Notes under the pieces: model-generated
What the model was told of the DNA's origin: nothing
What the model saw: only the letters and a program-made list of their open reading frames with translations
Databases searched by the model: none
Source: Planctomycetota bacterium
GTDB taxonomy: Bacteria > Planctomycetota > GCA-002687715 > CAIWVZ01
DNA: 64,000 nt
Assembly: GCA_044222185.1 (NCBI GenBank)
Contig: JBGANV010000001.1
Coordinates: 1,824,001-1,888,000 of the forward strand
Reading direction: 5' to 3'
Shown: piece after piece, positions 56,090-64,000 of the stretch
Position numbering within the stretch: the first letter of the stretch is position 1
Layout of the letters: every line of letters begins with the position of its first letter
Made by a program: the position numbers and the translations under genes

Positions 56090-57460
56090 ATGCGGTTCAT
56101 CGAACGGCTCGTGGGTGCGTTTCTCGTCGTGCTCACCGGCACGCTGATCGGGCAGGATCCGGACGCGGCAACCGTCGCGCCGCAGAAGCTCGCTTCCATC
56201 CAAGAGCGCGTGGATGCGGTCTCGCGCCAGGAGATCGAGGACACGGTGCGGCGCCTCGCGGCCTTCGGCACGCGGCACACGCTTTCGGAAACCCAGTCGA
56301 CGACGCGAGGGATCGGCGCCGCGCGCCAATGGCTCCTCGAGCGCATGACGAAGAACGCGACCGGTGGAGCCATGACGGCGGCGCTTCAGTCGTTCATCGC
56401 CGAGCCGGGTCAGCGCATCCCGCAGCCGACCGAACTCGTGAACGTCATCGCCACGCTGCCGGGCAGTGATCCGAAGCGCTTCGTGATCGTGTCGGGTCAT
56501 TACGATTCGATGCCTTCGAACGTCATGGATCCCAAGTCCGATGCGCCGGGAAGCAATGACGACGCGTCCGGCACGGCCGTCGCGGTCGAATGCGCGCGCG
56601 TGCTCGCGGGTGTGAGGCCGCGAGCGACGATCCTGTTCGCCGCCGTCGCCGGAGAAGAGCAGGGCCTCGTGGGCGCCGGGTACATCGCGAAGGAGATGGC
56701 GCGGACCGAATCGACGGTGGTGATGATGATCACGAACGACATCGTCGGTGGCGCGACGGGGTCGAACGGCCGCAAGGATCCCATGGTGCTTCGCTGCTTC
56801 AGCGAAGGCGTGCCGTCGGGACCGAAGGACGACGCCGGCAAGCCCAAGAAGTCCGTGGTCGGGAGCGACAACGATGCGTCGTCGCGACAGGTGGCGCGGT
56901 ACCTCGCCGCACGCGGGCCGCTCTACGTCCCAGGGTTCGACGTGCGCATGGTCTTCCGCCAGGATCGTTACCTCCGCGGCGGCGACCACCGGCCGTTCAA
57001 CGATCTCGGGTTCGCCGCGATCCGGCTCACCGAGCCGAACGAGAACTACGACTGGCAGCATCAGAACGTGCGGGAGGAGAACGGCCGCGCATTCGGCGAT
57101 CGACCGGACAACGTGGACTTCGACTACGTCAAGCGCGTCGCCCAGGTGAACGTGGCCGCCGTGCTCGAAGTCGCGCTGGCGCCCGCATCCCCGAAGAACG
57201 TGCGCATGGATACGACGAAGCTCATGCCGAGCACGTTGCTGAAGTGGACGGCGAACACGGAGGCCGATCTCGGGGGCTACGCCGTGCTCTATCGCCTCAC
57301 GCACGAAGCGACGTGGACCCACCGTCGCCTCGTTCCGAAGGATCAGACGCAGGTGACGCTGGAGAACATCTCGAAAGACGATTGGCTCTTCGCCGTCGAG
57401 GCCGTGGATGCGGAGGGCCGGCGGTCGCTGCCCGTCTATCCGACGCCGGCGGGACGGTGA
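56090..57460 (+). CDS. Secreted M28 family metallopeptidase with C-terminal FN3-like domain
   Basis: Signal peptide; FGTRHT, GHYDS, APGSNDDASG, GEEQGL, ND and GDH motifs. Confidence 0.9.
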   Translation: MRFIERLVGAFLVVLTGTLIGQDPDAATVAPQKLASIQERVDAVSRQEIEDTVRRLAAFGTRHTLSETQSTTRGIGAARQWLLERMTKNATGGAMTAALQSFIAEPGQRIPQPTELVNVIATLPGSDPKRFVIVSGHYDSMPSNVMDPKSDAPGSNDDASGTAVAVECARVLAGVRPRATILFAAVAGEEQGLVGAGYIAKEMARTESTVVMMITNDIVGGATGSNGRKDPMVLRCFSEGVPSGPKDDAGKPKKSVVGSDNDASSRQVARYLAARGPLYVPGFDVRMVFRQDRYLRGGDHRPFNDLGFAAIRLTEPNENYDWQHQNVREENGRAFGDRPDNVDFDYVKRVAQVNVAAVLEVALAPASPKNVRMDTTKLMPSTLLKWTANTEADLGGYAVLYRLTHEATWTHRRLVPKDQTQVTLENISKDDWLFAVEAVDAEGRRSLPVYPTPAGR

Positions 57461-57969
57461 GAGCGACTCCTCCGCTTCAGGCGTCGCGCGGCGCGTGAAT
57501 CCCGTGAGCATCACGGTTTCAGTCATGCAGCGAGGCCTCGGATCGGAATCTTCGCCGCCGTCCGGATCGTGGCCGCACGAAAGAACGTCGCATGGGGATC
57601 GCGAGTGGGGCCATGCCGCGACGGCGGTCGGAATCGCGAGCCGCTTTCAGGACCGCCGCTCGCGTCGGCGTCGACTCGCCATCACGGCTGAACCGCAGGG
57701 TCGTTGTGGCCGGCCCCTCACCGCGAACGCCAGGAATTGAGGCACGTCGCGGTCGGGCACACACCCGTTCCCCGGACCACGGCCCGGCAACGGCGCGCCG
57801 CTCCCGTGAAGCTCCCGGCCTCCACCGGAGATCAGGGTCGATGCCCGTCGAGAAACAGTGCATGCCTCGCAACTGTTCGAACGAACCCGGAATCGCCGGT
57901 GAACGAGCGAGTCTCCCTCGTGTACGCTCATGCGACGAAAGCCGGCCGCCTGGGCACCGAGAGCATGCC

Positions 57970-58584
57970 ATGACAATCAGAACGCATGACGTCTCGGATG
58001 ACGTGATCGCCGCACGCAAGCGAACCGGAGCCCACCGCTGGGACGAACGGTGGGATGGAGTCTGGCATCTCATGCCGTCGCCGACGCGTCGCCATCAGGA
58101 CATCTGTGCCGCGCTCGTGATCGCACTGCGGAGCCTGTGCGGACATCCGACTCGATCGCACGTGCACATGCAATTGAACGTCGCGCGCCCAGGCCGATGG
58201 CCCAACGATTACCGAGAGGCCGACGTCGTCCTCCTGAAACCGGGGCGGTTCTCGATCGACAAGGATGTGTACCTCGAAGGCGGCCCGAACCTCGTCGTGG
58301 AAGTCCGAAGCCCAAACGACGAGTGCGAGGCGAAGATCCGCTTCTACGACGACATCGGCGTCGACGAGGTCTGGATCCTCGATTCCATCACCCTCGACCT
58401 GACGATCTTCGCCCGACGGGATCTGGGTGCGCCTTCGTCCCCGACGACCGCCAACGCCGAAGGTTGGCAATTCAGCGCGACGACCGGAGTCGAATTCCGC
58501 CGCGAGCGATCACGGAGCGGTGACGAGACCGCGCTTGGGATCCGCCATCGCGACCGACCCGAGAACGCGCTGCGCATTCCCTGA
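57970..58584 (+). CDS. Uma2 family PD-(D/E)xK endonuclease-like protein
   Basis: E.WDG....MPSP...HQ, AD, PNLVVEVRSP, K..FY...GV.EVWI motifs. Confidence 0.85.
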   Translation: MTIRTHDVSDDVIAARKRTGAHRWDERWDGVWHLMPSPTRRHQDICAALVIALRSLCGHPTRSHVHMQLNVARPGRWPNDYREADVVLLKPGRFSIDKDVYLEGGPNLVVEVRSPNDECEAKIRFYDDIGVDEVWILDSITLDLTIFARRDLGAPSSPTTANAEGWQFSATTGVEFRRERSRSGDETALGIRHRDRPENALRIP

Positions 58585-58601
58585 CGGTCGCGCCGCCCGA
58601 G

Positions 58602-59072
58602 CTATCTCTGTGGTTCGACGCGTCGAAGCGCTCGGAGCTTCGCCACATCGATCAAATCCTGGGGGCGCCCCGTTTCCTTCGATTCGATGAGCGCGTCCAA
58701 TCCCGCGAAAGGGATCGGAACCCCGTCGACGACGCGCTCGACGCGCGTCTGCCACGCCCGCTCGAAGTTGAGAGACCGAGCCACGGTCATCACGTGCATT
58801 CGCGGGATGTCACCCAGGATGGTCAAGGGCCGAGCGATGAACTCCGCAGGCTCGTGCTCGTCCGCCAAATGCAAGGGTAGGCGGGCGAGCGCCGCTTGGA
58901 CCCGTCCCGCGTTCTCCAGGTCCTTCGGAATCAGGATGTCGACGTCCTTCGTTGCTCGGACGAGTCCATGTGCGAGGCAACCGAAACCGCCGATGACGAC
59001 GTAGCGGGCACCCGCGTCGTTCAGCAGATGACAGACGTTCACGAACGACTCGCGGGCGGCCGTTCGCGTCAC
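58602..59072 (-). CDS. Small nucleotidyltransferase-fold protein (TA-like)
   Basis: YVVIGG....HG..RATKDVD and LI.SK.TGRPQD..D motifs. Confidence 0.8.
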   Translation of the reverse strand: MTRTAARESFVNVCHLLNDAGARYVVIGGFGCLAHGLVRATKDVDILIPKDLENAGRVQAALARLPLHLADEHEPAEFIARPLTILGDIPRMHVMTVARSLNFERAWQTRVERVVDGVPIPFAGLDALIESKETGRPQDLIDVAKLRALRRVEPQR

Positions 59073-59079
59073 CCATGGC

Positions 59080-59313
59080 TCAGAAGAACCAGGGTTTCGG
59101 CTGGGCCAGCTTCCAGGCTTCATACTCCTCGAATGAATCGAAGGACTTGAAGTAGCCGACGGGGCGGTCCGGGTTCAGCTCGCGGAACAACGCCCACAGG
59201 CTCTCGGCCCAGTGGATCCGCTCCTCGAGCGACATCGCGAGCCCTTCCTTCAGGTCTCGGATGTCGTCCTCGGAAAGCGTCGGCTCGTCGTCGTTCACGG
59301 CAGGCAGCAGCAT
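59080..59313 (-). CDS. Small hypothetical protein, probable partner of the nucleotidyltransferase
   Basis: LAMSLEERI.W and FDSFEEYEAWK segments; lies directly upstream of the NTase gene; start approximate. Confidence 0.55.
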   Translation of the reverse strand: MLLPAVNDDEPTLSEDDIRDLKEGLAMSLEERIHWAESLWALFRELNPDRPVGYFKSFDSFEEYEAWKLAQPKPWFF

Positions 59314-59339
59314 ACACGCGGCGCACACAGGGTGATTCC

Positions 59340-62615
<3,276 letters not shown>

Positions 62616-62745
62616 CCACGGTCCCTCGCGACGCACCGCGATCGGGGCGCCGCAGTTCAGACGGTCCGGCATCCGCCGGCAGGTTGGCACGATCGAGCGG
62701 GCGCATTATCCGCTCGCGACCCCGGGACGCAAGAATTCCCGCCGG

Positions 62746-64000
62746 CTACTTCTCCACCGACGCGAGCTCGGTCTCGACCTCGGCCTTTTCGTGGCGTTCC
62801 GCCTCGTCGGTGAGCGCGTCGCGAAGCCACTCGAGCACCATCCGGCGGTAGCGCGGGAAGTCGAGACGACCACGTGGACCGTCGCCGCGATCGTCGATGG
62901 ACTCCGCCTTCAACGAGCGCGCCTCACGCAGCAAGGCGAGCCCGGCCTCCCGATTGCCCTGCAAAAGGTTGAGACGTCCCATCATCCCGAGTGCGGGCAC
63001 CCGCCGGACACCGAAACTCAACGGGGATTTCAGGAGCTCGGTCAGATCCCTTGCGGCCTGAGGCACGAGCGCCGTATCCACGGACCGGGCTGCTTCGTAG
63101 CGCGCGAGCGCGATCTCCGCGACGACGTAGAAGTCGAACGACTCCGAATGGACGTTGTAGGACACGGACTGGACGCCCCCGGCCGCCAGTGCGTTCCAGG
63201 CCTGGCTGAGATCCCGCATCGCAGCGTCCGCGTCTCCGCGTCGCAACGACGTGACGCCGAACACGCCACGGCTGAGTTCGGCGACGACCGTGCCCTTCTT
63301 CGTTTTCGTCAGGGCCTGCGCGATGGCGGCCCGTCCCCCGTCCACGTCACCAGTGAAGACGCGGTGCATGCCGAGGACCGCGTCCGCCTCGGGATCCGGC
63401 GGGTTGAGGTGCTGCATCGCCTCCCGCAGCACGACGGACGTCTCGAAGTACCCCGCGCGCGACGCGACGGGGATCACGGATTCGGCGAGGCGGCGGAACT
63501 GCTGGAGCTTCTCCACCGTCTCCATCTCGCGGCCCCAGTTGTAGAACATGTCGAGGACGCGCGGGACGCTCTCGGCGAGCGCTGTCCCGGCCTGGGCAAA
63601 GTTGAGCCGGGTGTTGTCAGCAAGCAGCCGCTGAACGATCTCGAGGTCGCGCGTGACGTCCGCCACGAGCTTGTGGAACTCGGGTGAACGCTGGACGGAC
63701 CTCCCGGCCATTCGTCCGCGATCCTCTGCGAGGGTTCGCAGGTGCTGCGGCTGGAGGGCGGGCTTCCCCTGGTCGAGCAGGCTCAACGCGCGGTCGATCA
63801 CCGCTCCCGCATAAGGCTCGGTTCGCGGCGCCGTCACGGCGAACAACACGAGGCGCGCCGGATCCTCCTCGAGGTTCGGGGCGAAGACGTCGCCGCGGCT
63901 CAGCGGGTCGATCTGTCGTGGGAAGTCGACGACCGCTCCCATGGAGGAGAAATACGCCGCACGATTCCACGCGACGTTCACCGCGATCAGGATCAGCGCG
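62746..64000 (-). CDS. Hypothetical helical/TPR-like protein, 5' part outside the window
   Basis: Open frame runs to the window edge; Ala/Leu-rich helical repeats. Confidence 0.6.
   Translation of the reverse strand, partial: ALILIAVNVAWNRAAYFSSMGAVVDFPRQIDPLSRGDVFAPNLEEDPARLVLFAVTAPRTEPYAGAVIDRALSLLDQGKPALQPQHLRTLAEDRGRMAGRSVQRSPEFHKLVADVTRDLEIVQRLLADNTRLNFAQAGTALAESVPRVLDMFYNWGREMETVEKLQQFRRLAESVIPVASRAGYFETSVVLREAMQHLNPPDPEADAVLGMHRVFTGDVDGGRAAIAQALTKTKKGTVVAELSRGVFGVTSLRRGDADAAMRDLSQAWNALAAGGVQSVSYNVHSESFDFYVVAEIALARYEAARSVDTALVPQAARDLTELLKSPLSFGVRRVPALGMMGRLNLLQGNREAGLALLREARSLKAESIDDRGDGPRGRLDFPRYRRMVLEWLRDALTDEAERHEKAEVETELASVEK

Overview
High-GC (~68-70% by eye) bacterial chromosomal segment. 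The gene families suggest a Planctomycetota-like diderm (inference from the LpxC-FabZ fusion, exported HEAT-repeat proteins, DUF58/BatA genes and a membrane-anchored BRCT protein). Most of the window is housekeeping. From right to left on the minus strand: two tRNA-Gln genes, then glmU-rplY-pth-rpsF-rpsR-rplI-dnaB-bamA-skp-lpxD-lpxC/fabZ-lpxA and a gnnA-like oxidoreductase. Also present: tatC-cinA, coaE-kup, asnS, xseA...xseB-ispA-dxs-DUF58-BatA/VWA, pabB-pabC-like genes, a Xer recombinase, an M28 peptidase and carB. The most unusual region is 26.7-34.9 kb. There, four direct copies of a ~189 bp structured REP/REPIN-like element bracket two cargoes: (i) a lower-GC, ~6.7 kb minus-strand operon and (ii) a hicB/hicA-like toxin-antitoxin pair. 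The operon has a sigma54-type promoter, three small proteins plus one C-terminal domain sharing a beta-sandwich-like motif, a secreted protein, a phage-like GT4-methyltransferase fusion and a DUF6259-like glycoside-hydrolase-fold protein. Other notable points: a probable CTG start codon, two secreted proteins with a shared C-terminal domain inserted between xseA and xseB (plus an orphan remnant of that domain), and a TatC with a long C-terminal extension. All family assignments come from motif recognition by eye; no database searches were run.
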